DNA of 61,490 bases, filler included, from Choristocarpus tenellus KU-1152 (taxonomy: Eukaryota; Protista; Phaeophyceae), in the NCBI GenBank assembly GCA_964200185.2. It is 14 parts of 14 records of this genome, joined end to end, with 100 filler letters (N's around TTAATTAATTAA, not from the genome) between each part and the next. Parts side by side here need not be neighbours in the genome. Positions count along the whole stretch, not along the records: positions 1 to 2,616 come from CAXNAD020026246.1; positions 2,717 to 5,865 come from CAXNAD020021962.1; positions 5,966 to 9,366 come from CAXNAD020020283.1; positions 9,467 to 12,147 come from CAXNAD020025701.1; 10 more parts are not named here. One strand, written 5' to 3'. The translations under genes and the position numbers were made by a program. Under the pieces are notes generated by a model. The model was not told the DNA's origin. It ran no database searches and was given only the letters and a program-made list of their open reading frames with translations. This document shows, piece after piece, positions 1 to 12,096 of this stretch (position 1 is its first letter; every line of letters starts with the position of its first letter).

Positions 1-71
1 AAACTCATGGAAAGCCAAGCCCTAAATGGACAAACAGGGCAAAACTCGTACCCTCTAAGATACTTTCACTC
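1..71 (+). mobile_element. MITE family A, 3' end, apparently inserted into a family B MITE
   Basis: Ends TACCCTCTAAGATACTTTCACTC, matching the TIR of full copies at 33866-34124 and 57348-57607. It is followed directly by TTTT and the right half of a family B element. Confidence 0.85.
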
Positions 72-185
72 TTTTGTGATTTGGTTGCATGTATCGAATG
101 GATAATGTAAGTCACTACTCCTGGTCAGGGCCTGAATGGACAACCCTGGTGTAGACCCCCTCCACCCCCCCAGATACTTTGAGCC
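72..185 (+). mobile_element. MITE family B, right half
   Basis: Aligns by eye to 21630-21740; ends with poly-C then CAGATACTTTGAGCC. Confidence 0.75.
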
Positions 186-208
186 TTTATTATAATAGGC
201 AGAAAAGT

Positions 209-473
209 GAGTGAAAATATCTTAGAGAGTAGGAGTTTTGCCCTGTCTGTCCATTTGGGACTTGGCTTCCCACGGGTTCTTTTAAGACATTTTTTCTATT
301 CTAAAATATTTCGGAGTAGGTAAAAGGTATACCTTATGAAAAGGTGTGTCCTGTCCGTAACAAGGACACTGCCACTTCCTAACAAACACAATAACTAAAA
401 TTACATCAAACTCGCAACATTGAGTTTTGGCCCCCAAATGGACGCGGCTCTACCCTCTAAGACACTTTGCCTG
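209..473 (-). mobile_element. MITE family A, full copy
   Basis: GAGTGAAAATATCTTAGAGAGTA ... TACCCTCTAAGACACTTTG termini; the interior is the reverse complement of 33866-34124. Confidence 0.85.
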
Positions 474-594
474 AGTGAAGGTCCTGATTAGTGCACTCGT
501 TTACGTGTGCCAGATAGGAAGTAAGAGTAGAGTGAGTGGTTGCAACAGAGTTAAATATACTGAAATTACACATGCACATAATCAATTGTTGAAA

Positions 595-794
595 TTTTGA
601 TGTAATTTTGGCTATTGTGTTTGTTAGCAAGTGTCAATATCCTTGCTCTGGACAAACACATTTCATAGACATATACATTTTAGGTAATCGTGTTCACACA
701 GAATACCGAAAGAGGGCATAAAAAACCTGTGGAAAGCCAAGCCTCTAACGGACAAACAGTGCAAAACAGCTACCCTCTTAAATGTTTTGGGTCA
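595..794 (+). mobile_element. MITE family A variant (A2), 5'-truncated
   Basis: Shares the ATGTAATTTTGGCTATTGTGTTTGTTAG and GGACAAACAG.GCAAAAC blocks with family A; the interior resembles 36162-36420. Confidence 0.7.
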
Positions 795-1188
795 TTGGAG
801 GGCAGTTAAGCACCAATTCAGGAAGGCATTTCTTGTGGCTTCACAGTGGGCGGCATAGAGTAGGTATACTGAGTCAGATTTCGTTGAAACATTCCAGGGT
901 AAGACTGTTGGAACTGACACTGAACAGAGGAAGTGGGGTAATTTGTACTCAGCTATGGGAAGTAGTTAATTGACCAGCTTTTAGCCAAATGGAAAGCTTC
1001 AGGTATGAAGAACAGCCCACACATTGGATTTTGACATAGTCAATCAGGGGAAATGCAAGCCTACAGACCCCAATCCTCATAAAATATACCTCGTTCCCCC
1101 CTCCTATCTGTCTACCCTATATGCCTTTCCCCCCTTCACGGTCTGTGATGCCGTACCTACGTACCTCTTTGTACACCTGCACTTGTAG

Positions 1189-2391
1189 GTGACCAAGCTC
1201 TAGAGGGTCTTCCAGTCCTGAAACTTCTCTCTGTGCTGGAGTTACCATTCAACCAAATCACAACAGAGGCCCTACAGCTTAGGCACCAATCAGGACTTGA
1301 CCCAGGAACAGGGCTCAGGAAAGGATTTGGGTTGGAGTTGGGATCATCATACCCTGGGGGAAAGTGGAAACACATCCACACTCATCCTGGACCAAGGGTA
1401 TGCACAGGAGTTGGATGTCTTGGAGTGCTGTTTCCGGATTTGGAACATCTGGACCTGACCAACAATTGTTTGTGTGACTTGGGGCGCACCATGCAACTAC
1501 TTGGGTAAGTTCAGGGAGGGAGGGAGACTTTCTTCTCATCACCATCTCATTTTCTATGAGTAGAGTGGATCTGCGGTGCTTGTCGGACCAGAACATGAGT
1601 GATGAGAAAAGGTACACGCAACCTGCAACTGGAGCTTACATTATAGAGATGGACTAGTGTTTTTCTATGACAACAAGCAAATGTACCCCTCTTACACTTC
1701 TTATGTCTCCCTTGCAGTGCGTGAGTGACCACTGGGAGAAGTTAAAGTGGAGGAATGCATATCTAAACACAGTCCCTTCTTCCAGTTACACGGAAGGTTT
1801 CAAAGCGAAAAGATGCTTTACATCAAAAGTTCTTCCAAAAAGGAGATAGATACATTGTTGCCTACAGTTCTTCAATAAGTGGATAGGCGAACATACCAAA
1901 AACCAAGTGGAAGGAAATAAATGTATAAGACTGTGCCCAAAACAAATCCCTTAACTTCAAATGTTGACCACCTCAAGGATGAAGGAGTTGGTGCCGGCCC
2001 TCCTCCTCCATGTTCTTACCAAACCGATGTAAAACGTTATCCAGAAGTCCCTTCCCTCCGTCTTCCCACCTTGTGCATCAGACCCCTCAAGAATAGGCTT
2101 AGGCATCTCTTCCTTTCCGGAAATCCACTCATGCTCCTTCCTCAGTACCGCCAGAGGGTGGTGAGAGCTTGTGGTCCCCGACTTCTTGTCCTTGATGACC
2201 TTCCAGTGACTAGAGACATGCGAATAGGATCTGACGGAGGGGTACTAGGAACGCAGGAACGGAACGACCCTACCAGCCCTACAGCAGCACATGGAAAGGG
2301 TGGGAAGACCAGGGAGAGAGGCTGCTCACGAACCTGGCCGCCTCCTGAGGGTTCATCTGTGGAAATGGATATGATTCACCTTTGTGCCAAG
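1189..2391 (+). CDS. Leucine-rich repeat protein with LRR cap, LRRC43-like; internal exons 1189-1504 and 2082-2391 (partial gene)
   Basis: AG/GT sites are phase-compatible (GG+A = Gly). Translation contains LPVLKLLSVLELPFNQIT, LEHLDLTNNCL and LRHLFLSGNPLMLLPQYRQRVVRACGPRLLVLDDLPVT (SDS22/U2A'-type cap). Confidence 0.8.
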
Positions 2392-2561
2392 GTGAGTGAT
2401 GGGTTGTGGAATAGGCATGGACACTCCTCATTTTGAAGACCGAATTTGCATGAAGCTTGCGTGTACTTTGGTGCACGTGCATATAAATTAGTAGTGAAAA
2501 CTCCAAGGGGGGGATTGAGTTTGGCCCTTTCTGACTTTTTTAGTCCTTGGTGAAGGCTGTG

Positions 2562-2616
2562 GACTCAAAGTATCTGGGAGGGGGTGGTGGCTGTCCATTT
2601 GGGGTCAATTTTTCAT
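2562..2616 (+). mobile_element. MITE family B, left end cut by contig end
   Basis: GACTCAAAGTATCTGGGAGGGGG..GTGGCTGTCCATTTGGGG matches 21565 onward. Confidence 0.75.
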
Positions 2617-2716
2617 NNNNNNNNNNNNNNNNNNNNNNNNNNNNNNNNNNNNNNNNNNNNTTAATTAATTAANNNNNNNNNNNNNNNNNNNNNNNNNNNN
2701 NNNNNNNNNNNNNNNN
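2617..2716. other. Artificial contig spacer N44-TTAATTAATTAA-N44. Others at 5866-5965, 9367-9466, 12148-12247, 16782-16881, 19733-19832, 27273-27372, 30381-30480, 34688-34787, 40147-40246, 43022-43121, 45679-45778, 55762-55861
   Basis: Identical 100-bp block with stop codons in all six frames, repeated 13 times. Confidence 0.98.
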
Positions 2717-4582
2717 TTAGTTGGAAAAAAAAATTGAAGGGCTAGGTATGGTTCATAAAAGCGGAATTGGGTTTACTGGAAATATTAGAGGGGAAGCCCC
2801 CCCCCCCCCTCCTCCCACAAAAAAAAAGCGAGTTTTTGACCTGTGAATAAACCTGATACTATTACATGTGTACTTCAATGTCACCACCAGAAGCACAGCT
2901 TACACCGACCCCTAAATATTTTGGTCATCCGCGAATCTCTGATCCATCTTCAAAAGGCCATGGACCACACTAACCCTAACCCTAACAGATTTTCTTCTCT
3001 GCACTTAACAAAATGTACATAAAAAATAAAGAGAGTGTACCCATCAGCACAGTTGAACCACATATATTTTGCTGTCCTTGCAACTAACTCTGCAAGTCCA
3101 CACAACACAAGCAAATACGACCGGAGCCTTCATTAAACCAGAAAATGTATACAGTTTGTTCCACAGCTACTAAATAGCCTGATCAACGAAGTCAATCATC
3201 TAGGTCCTCCATGACTGGGCCAAACCAAAGCCCAGAAAATCATCTAGACCTACCTACACATATACCATTTCTCTTTAGTCTCGGTCATGACAGGACAAAA
3301 AAAAAAGAAGAATCTAATCCACTGGCATTAAAATGAAGCAGCGCTTACAGTACAATGTAGAGTTTTTTTTTAAAACCCTTTCAACCTCTTTTTTTTTTGT
3401 TCGATGCCGGTTACATTTAAACTCATTTCACAACAGAGCCAGTCCAGGGCTATCGGATACCACACCAATTACACATTATCGTTGGCTTACCGACCTCAAT
3501 CCTAATCCTAATCCTAATCCTAACCTAGACCGGAACAATGCCCGGTTGAATGAGAGCACCGTTAAATTTTGTGTGTGCTAAGGGATACTTACCTCCTAAT
3601 GGTGCCATAAAATGTATACGTTGTCAATAGAGGTCCCTCATTGTCCTACTCCCTAGTTGTAAAGAGTCAACACTCTCAGCATAGTTGGCGATAAATAAAA
3701 AAAAGTTTAACCCGACTGTAAAAGGAGTCAGTAAGACACACATGCATAAAAACACAAACAAACACATACTGGATGTAGTCTCATCTTATATATATATATA
3801 TATGCTGTCAATGATTTACCTAGTGTAACACCACACCTTCAGTCATAGACAATTCCAAATAAATCTCACAAAAATCAACAACCCCACCACATACCAACAA
3901 CCTGGTTTTTACATCCCTGACAAACCAACGCAAAGATCATCTCCAAAGGAGGAGACACAAGAGAGGACATTCAGGAACAAAAGCTGACTGCGCTTAGGAT
4001 CAACAAAATTTCACCTACAAAACTTGAGACTCGCCAATAAAGATAATCTAACCCTAACCCTCTACGTAAACGCCTCCCCTTTCCCTCTGTAAAAAGTGCT
4101 GTGCTTCATGATGTTACAACTACACATGAAACTGAAGGGCTGGTTGGTTGGAGGGGTGGTGGATACAAAAGCCTGCCCTAACCCTGTTATCAGTATAGCC
4201 CAATGTGGTCTCCAGCGTTTCAAAGCGATCCTATGAGGGCGATATTCACTCTCAAAGGTGCATGCATAAAGAGTGTTGTGAAACATATCACACAAAAGGC
4301 TTCCAACACCTTGAGAAGGTGCCTTTTCTTAGTACCTCTATGGAGCAACTTAAAGTACACTGACAAGACACTAACAAACTCGAAAAATGTATATACAAGA
4401 AAAGGTACGACAAGAAGAGGTACAGCAAGACACGACATACACCTTTTCCCAACGCTGCAAATGCTTCATATTAAACACTACAAGATCAACTCATGCCTTG
4501 TACTTCCTCCCTTGCTACCCTCTTTTTCTACATCCCTTCACCTTTCATGCTTCCCCCCCAGGCCCCCCTTCTATCTCTGATC

Positions 4583-4802
4583 TCAGTGTGATGTCGCACT
4601 CGAGCCCTCTGGCAGTACAGACTTTCCTTCAACTTCAACTATCTGGGGTACAGAAACGGGTGCTGGGTGTTCATCTGAGAGGATGACAAAACACAACAGT
4701 AAAGCGTAGGGGGAGGGAGAAGAAGAGAAAGGAGTTACCACTGAAAATTCTCTGCGTGGCTACATTCAAGACCAGCACCAGCAGCAGGGAACCCACTTTT
4801 TT
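4583..4802 (-). CDS. Putative last two exons (4802-4739, 4674-4583) of an unknown membrane protein
   Basis: Phase-compatible 64-nt GT-AG intron with a pyrimidine tract; reads KKVGSLLLVLVLNVATQRIFSDEHPAPVSVPQIVEVEGKSVLPEGSSATSH*. No family recognised. Confidence 0.35.
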
Positions 4803-7791
4803 CTAAGGATATCACATTATAAAAAAAATGAACACGCATCTATACTGCACAAAACAACTGTATTTAATAATAATAAAAAATGGTTGTATCTACCTGTCTA
4901 TTGTCATACCGCCTCCCTTCCCTTCGACCTGAAAAAAAACAACAAACAACAAACAAACAGCAACAACAGACCTCTTTCCATCTACACAAGTCACTCAAAC
5001 AGATATCGCCACCGGTACTTCACATTGAAGAAAAAAAAATTATGAGAAAAAAATTACGTCGAAGAAGGGGTTTGAACCCACAAATATTAAAGCAGAGAAA
5101 CAATAATAACGGACCGGTACCTAGCTGACTCTCTGTATTATATCAAAACAGAGGAAGTCAGGGGGATGGCGTTTGTACATGACGACCAGAGATGAGCACA
5201 TGTACACTACATCTGTAGTTGCGAAGGAAGGGCCTCTTTTTTGGAGGGTTTTCAAAATATAATGGAGGCGGTTCATGAACAAACACCACCTATGTACCAT
5301 TGTAGAGTTATCAAAAAGTGCACTACAGATACACTACAAGATGAAAAAATAAATAAAGACAGTTGAAAAATAAAAAATCATATGGAGGTCATTATTTTTT
5401 TTCATTATTATTGTAAGGGTGATCGACGTCAGTCTCTCTCGTACACAGTGTAATTTTATTTTTTTTCCCAGAAGATCTTGACATATCCTCAGGAATGTGA
5501 CATACACTCCAATTTATAAAATCTGAGTTGTGCCAACAAGCCCAAACCTAACACTGTAACACCCTAACCCCCCTTGGGGAGACATTTTTTTCCTCGCCAC
5601 AACAATAAAATCAAATAAAAAAATTACAGAAGACCCATCAAGACAAAAAAATACATTCTTTTTAGTAGTTCCCCAAATGCAAAGGAAGAGAGCGGTTTCG
5701 ATTTTGACTAATGTACTCCTAAAACATCTTGTCAAAAGCTGCTGCTCAGCTCAATCTAAATCATACAAGCGAGCTGTGCCCTCAAAAAAAATTCCCACCC
5801 TAGCCTTATCCCTAACTCTGGCTGCATTAAATATTCCTCACCCCCACATTACCCCCACACTCCACNNNNNNNNNNNNNNNNNNNNNNNNNNNNNNNNNNN
5901 NNNNNNNNNTTAATTAATTAANNNNNNNNNNNNNNNNNNNNNNNNNNNNNNNNNNNNNNNNNNNNCATCATCAATTTTGAGAATCTGCTGTTTGGACCGT
6001 AGAGGGGGAAACATATAGGCCCAAAGAAATGGCATAGAAGTCATTTTCTAGTTAGCCATTGATTGACTGGTTGTCATGCGCACTACTACTCCGGAGTACT
6101 ATTAATAATATTGTAATATCATAGTCCATCTGGAACCAAACCATAGGGGCAAGCAAAACGAAGGGAACATGCGAAGATGTCAGTGTCATGAAGGTGCCTC
6201 AAACATTAGTAAGCAAATTCTTCCCCTCAAAATTGATGGGCACATGACCATGTGAAAGCCGACATTTTTTTTCGCAACCATACTATTCTTCTAAGAGATG
6301 GTGAGGACATTACCCCTGGATTATTCAAGGGTCGTCAATTTGTGTCTTGTAGTGTGTTAGATGTAGCTATTTACTGCTCAGTAGTCTTGGTGCTAACATA
6401 GGACATATAGGTGAAAATTTCTCAATAAAGCACCACCTTAGATATTCTGTTTCCTCAGATGGTATAAGTCAGTCACCACTGAGTCGAAATGCTCTCTGTT
6501 GGTGATATTAGGGTATGCTACAAGGTGTACAGTGAGTGATCATCCACTATAGAACTGATGGATGTGTAGCTTGTCATATTTCAAAGTCTACTTTGACAAT
6601 TACACACAATCGAAGTTTGAAGGGCTCACCAAAATAGAGCAGCAATTTTTTGGTTGGGCCTGGCCAGCAATGAGGCCATGTACACATCTTTCAGGCAAAA
6701 GCACGTAAAGAAGAATCGAATACCAAGAGGGATGATAACGAGGAGGTGGGGGGATAACGATCTAGGACATGCATATAAGAGCAGTTAGTAGAGAATAGAT
6801 AAAGCACTGCGAAGAGTGTGTGAGAATAAACGTGCTATGTGCTGCGGGGTAGCAAGAATCTGAAGTACATACATGTGTGCAGGTTGAATATCAATGTAAC
6901 TTGACATAATGAATTGTAGGAGTGAATGACAGAAAACCATGGGTTATATTAGGGAGTGGACTGACAGCGAGCAACCACTGTACAAGGCATTTGTACAAAC
7001 TAGGGGCTCAAACTGCTTTGTCCGTCACTCTCAAACACCCCAAAACTAGTGTCAATCAGAAAACGCTCCTTCCTGCAAGCTCCTATCCCCAAAATGACAT
7101 CCTTGCATTCATTTCCGAGGCATCTTAGATCCCCTCCAAACGGTGTGGGGTGCATGGCACAGCATTGAGTTGAGAGCCTCTTCTTTGGACACATACTACG
7201 CCTGCACCAATGAAGGAGGGTACATGATCCTTGCAGCTCTAGTTCACTGGTACCATCAGAACGTCACCACTCCTTCTTCACTCAAATACTCTACAATATA
7301 CTCTCCAAAAGGTTTCTTGAAATTATTTTCCCTCAAGCCCTGTCTACTTTGGATCCAATCCAAGGAGGTGCCTTTGCAACAGAACTGAATCAAACAACAT
7401 ATACAGTAGTATCCCTTCCATGACCGCAGAGAAGAAGCTATGCACCAACCTTACTATTGGCACTGAGGCTGTTGCCTACTAAAAACAATGTTGGTACCTA
7501 ATACGATCTTGTCTCAAGGGTTATCAAACAGACAACGACACCATACACTACCAAGACTAACTGTGAAAAGTATCAACCGCCCCTGCTAGTTCTTCCACTC
7601 CCCTTCTACCCGACATGTCCATTGATATACAACGGGGGGTACCCTGTAGGGTTCACCAGCTCCATTGACACACGAGACCTGAAGGTCGATGCAGGTCTGT
7701 CCAGGGATGATTACAGCTCCTGATGGAGACTGGAACAGCAGAGTGGATGGTGTTGGAGAGGGGGGGAGGTGTAGATTCAGAGCTTACATAA

Positions 7792-9190
7792 CTAGTGGGG
7801 TTGCGAGGGATAGATGGGAGTGTTGTCCATGAAAGGGGTCACAGGTGTGGACGAAAAAGTGGTGGGTACAAAACTCACTATCAACAAATTGATCACCCTT
7901 CCCCTGAGTACGGAAAAAACTTTGGGTTGGGAAGAGTAAACGTTGAGTGTATGTGTGGGGAGGACGGTAGCATTTAACACCCTTGAAGTTGCGGCAGTTG
8001 CCACTAACGATATTTCCCGCCACTCTAAAATTTTGCTGGTGTTGTCAAGGGGGAGAAAAGAATCAAATAAGAGAACACAACCAAACGTCAAGACAATTTC
8101 CGTACTGCTTGCAACAAAGGTTTTCCTATACAACAATTGTTGTTGCATTAGGTTTGAGCATAAGAAACAGATGCCTACGTACAGATCTCGTATTATATCT
8201 GAACGCCAGAAGTGTGTACCACAGTTGCCCTGCCAGACTGGCACTATGAAGTTGCCACTTGTAACTTCTTTGAAAATGCAAGAGTAATCATCTTGACTTT
8301 GTGCGTTGTTAACAGTGTTGCTGACATCTGCCCACGTTTGCAAGATGCAGATCCCATTCAAAACAGGTGTTGTGTAGGGGAGAGTAAATACGTGTAGCGC
8401 CAACTCACATCCTTGTAGCGCAGGTTGATCCACTTCCTAAGGTTCATGTTCAAGGCAGACTCATATATAGCTTTATACTCCGCCTTCCAGGGCTGCAAAA
8501 TATACCACATAAACCACAAACCCCACCCATCCCAATTGCATAAAAGCACCGCAAAAAGACAACCCCCCCCACAAAGGTAATATCAGAAGTGGAATGAAAA
8601 TGGTAAGATAGAGGGAGATCACAAGCACCAGCCAGCTATTTCTTGAGGTAAACATTCCCTGTTGACAGACATAGGATCCCAGTCTTTGTGGCAGTTGGCG
8701 ACATAGAAATGTGCTCAGAGCATTAATCTCTATACTGTTTCTCACTTTTAACCACCACTCTACAAAAAATCCCAATACAGCAGCAATAAGCAAGAGTTTA
8801 ATCAGGAACTTTGCACTGTCGAAATACATTGTAGGTATTATGGCATTGTAGTTTGAAGCGCACTCTAACAATTTCAAGTATTCTGTGGAAGTGAAGCATT
8901 ATCTACACCACTTCATTAACCCACCATAGGTGATACAACTCAGTGCAATATATTGGTATGTTTAAACATTTCCATTTGTACAATAGTGCTACCTTGAAGA
9001 ATGCAGTATGGAATACAAGGCATAGTATGGGGAGTAATGATCAACATTGATTGGTAGTTCAAATACCTGGGCATCGTAGAGTAACCGTCCCCTCTGTGGG
9101 CCAACAAGGTTACTGACGGAATGTAGTAGGAGGACACATGTGAGGCCTGTCTCATTGGGACAATCAGAATCACACCAAGAAAGGCATTAG
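7792..9190 (-). pseudogene. Decayed intronless ORF, Cys-rich and multi-pass membrane-like, family unknown
   Basis: ORFs 8473-8877 and 7792-8433 share one frame, which continues upstream to about 9190 with only about 6 internal stops in about 465 codons. Confidence 0.35.
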
Positions 9191-9316
9191 ACCATAGACG
9201 GTGCACCATGGATACAATGATGGGGAGGAGGGGGAAAGGAGGAAGAAGCCAGCTCAGTCATGCCAAGGATCTCCAAATGCCTCGTTGAAATATTGTGAAT
9301 TGAGGGGGCGGGTTAT

Positions 9317-9366
9317 GAGCCAAAGTATCTTAGAGGGTAGAGCCGCGTCCATTTGGGGATCAAAAT
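9317..9366 (+). mobile_element. MITE family A, left end cut by contig end
   Basis: GAGCCAAAGTATCTTAGAGGGTAGAGCCGCGTCCATTTGGGG. Confidence 0.8.
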
Positions 9367-9466
9367 NNNNNNNNNNNNNNNNNNNNNNNNNNNNNNNNNN
9401 NNNNNNNNNNTTAATTAATTAANNNNNNNNNNNNNNNNNNNNNNNNNNNNNNNNNNNNNNNNNNNN

Positions 9467-9667
9467 TACTACTACTACTACTACTAATCGTAATATTAAT
9501 AACAATACTATTACTACTAATCATAATATTAATAACAATACTATTACTACTACTACTACTACTAATCATAATATTAATAACAATACTATTACTACTACTA
9601 CTACTACTAATCATAATATTAATAACAATACTATTAATAACAATACTATTATTATTACAACTACTAC
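9467..9667. repeat. AT-rich compound tandem repeat, (TAC)n plus ATCATAATATTAATAACAATACTATT units
   Basis: About 4-5 visible units interleaved with TAC runs. Confidence 0.9.
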
Positions 9668-9740
9668 TGTCAGGGACAGGTCCCTTTTTTTGGATCTCCG
9701 ACACACCCATTTGTGGACAAGACGCACGGTCATATACATC
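9668..9740 (+). mobile_element. LTR-like repeat start (TGTCAGGGACAG), second copy at 24447
   Basis: About 70 bp shared with 24447-24515; TG start. The complementary CCCTGACA end motif occurs at about 24392-24399. Confidence 0.45.
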
Positions 9741-10364
9741 ACATATATCATGTATATCATATACAATTGCATGCATCAACCACGGCATTTGAACAATCAA
9801 CTCACCCATACCAACCAGTCCAATAAAACAACCACACCCGTAATATCATGATTTGACCAAACAGACAAAATACACCATCAGGACATTTCTCTGTTGGACA
9901 TTACCAAAGATCCATTCCAATTCTGAACAATACGTTTCTCTGCTGTGACGTTGCTCAATCATTTTGGCACATCTGTCACATCTATTGTGTCTTGAGGTTT
10001 GTGTTCTGCTCTGGATTCCCTCAACTGATCTGTTATGAGATTAGAGCCAAGACCTTTGAAGCTCAGTGTCACCCTCTAAGGTGGAAGAGTTCACTCCGGT
10101 CACACCGATTCCCCTTGACCACAGAACTTGGCACCTTCCACACTTCCACACTACTACTGCTAATACTCAAAACAATAAAAAACGCTACCCCCACTCAAGA
10201 AAAAAAAAAAACGTCACCTGGATTTTTCTCAAGGCTGCACGAAACTAGCCCCCACTATTACTGCCCATGCCTTCCTCCATCACGAGGCTATTGCTAGAAA
10301 ACACACACACACACATTGAAAAAAAAAAATGCAGCACACGGTTGTAACCACGCCTTCACTTCAC

Positions 10365-12096
10365 CTCAGAGATAGCTCCCATGGGGTCGAACTTGATGGT
10401 TATCAGCTTACCAAAGCGAGATGAGTTGTCGTTCCTAACAGTCTTAGCATTTCCAAACGACTCCAGGATAGGGTTGGCCTGAATAAAAAAGAAAGACAAT
10501 AAAAATAGTTACAAAAAATAAAAATAAAAGTCAAAAAGGGGAAGAGCATCACATCACGTAAATATAACCCTAACCCTTCATGTAACAATAATCACAACTA
10601 CAGGACCAAAATCCCACTTCCCTTCACCTCCCCCCTACCCCATCTCACCCCCACCCCACCCCACCCCACTCCACCTCACCCCACCCCCAACCCTCCTCCT
10701 TTTCCCAAACCTCCCTTCTTACCTGGAGGAGCTGCTGTTCTAACGACTGCTCATCCTCAGACATGGTACGACCTGAGTGAGCTGCACTGAGGTCAGCGAT
10801 GAACTGAAGCACCAGCTTGCAAGCCTCGGATTTCCCTGCCCCAGACTCCCCCGTGATGATGACACTCTAATTAAAAAAAAGAAGTACAGTGCAGTTATTT
10901 ATTTTTTTTTATCTTTAATTTTAATTTTTAAATCAATCGCATCTTTCCGTAAAAAAAATAATGCAAATAAAAAGCAAAAAGATTGACGGAATACACTCCG
11001 GTAGAGAGTAGGGCCGTTGACACACACAGAACAGGAGAGTGAGCGGGTACGCTTCCCGCACACACTACAAAAACCTCAGAGATATCGACTTCTACACATA
11101 GGTGACACATACATAATCATACACACTACATTATTATTATTATTTCACCAAACGGATGTTGTACGCATATCCCACCAAAACAACAAAAAAGAACATTTGA
11201 AGAGAAATTAATCCAAATCAATGAAAAAAAATATTTGAAGAGAAATTAATCCAAATCAATAAAAAAAACATTTGAAGAGAAATTAATCCAAATCAATAGA
11301 AAAAAACATTTGAAGAGAAATTAATCCAAATAAAAAAAAAAAAAAATTGAAGAGAAATTAATCCAAATCAATAAAAAAAAACATTTCAAGAGAAATTAAT
11401 CCAAATCAATAAAAAAAAACATTTCAAGAAAAACAACAATCGCCATCGAATCTGCTCTGCTCAGGCGTCTGGACGTGTGCATCCACACAAGTATTACAAA
11501 ACCCCCATACTTTGCATATTATATTATACAACGTAGGCATCAAGGTGCGGACGGTAGCATTGTGTATTCCACCAACTTAGCTCCAACAAATCTCAATCAA
11601 TTCAAGAAAAAAAAGGAGAAATAAACAAATCTCTAACCCCCAAAATCGACACCAATTTAACTAAACTAAAATCCTAGATGAATAAATTAATTATTCCAGC
11701 CTCATGACCTCCAATCTGAACACATTTACACATTTACATCAGCGCAACAAAAAAAAAGAAACAAAAATTAAAAAACACGCACTCACACACACACAAACAC
11801 ACAAGAAAAAATAATGAGGTCACCCTTAAACCGCTTTGAATAATAAATACGATATGGGAAGATATCCCACCACTCCTGACAACACCCACTTAATACTCCT
11901 GTGTTGGAATAGCCCCACCCCAACCCCAACCCCAACCCTAACCCCAACGTGGTACAGCAGGAGTTCTATTACCAGTACAGGCGATGGCGTCTCTTACCTG
12001 CGGTTTTCGTTCATTGAGCATTTCATAGTACGCCCTATGCCCCACTGCAAACACGTGAGGGGGCTTTCCCCTGGGTCCTTCCTTGTACAAGTCCAT
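10365..12096 (-). CDS. Myosin heavy chain motor domain; exons 12096-11998, 10866-10723, 10478-10365 (partial gene)
   Basis: Spliced translation [22 protein letters not shown]|[24 protein letters not shown]...LEQQLLQ|[31 protein letters not shown] gives the P-loop and switch I. All junctions are phase 0, AG/GT. Confidence 0.96.
11185..11430. repeat. Minisatellite, about 37-39 bp unit (AAAACATTTGAAGAGAAATTAATCCAAATCAAT), 6-7 copies, in a myosin intron
   Basis: Direct tandem copies visible. Confidence 0.92.

Noticed and set aside
2661-2672. Recurrent palindrome TTAATTAATTAA
   Set aside because: Artificial six-frame-stop spacer between contigs; gene neighbourhoods across it are meaningless.
9411-9809. 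132-aa Ser/Asn/Ile-rich ORF, and the ORFs at 29962-30432
   Set aside because: These are translations of tandem repeats and N spacers.
10365-10412. tRNA B-box-like GTTCGACCCC on the minus strand and an apparent GTAAG donor at 10411
   Set aside because: It is myosin coding sequence ([16 protein letters not shown]).
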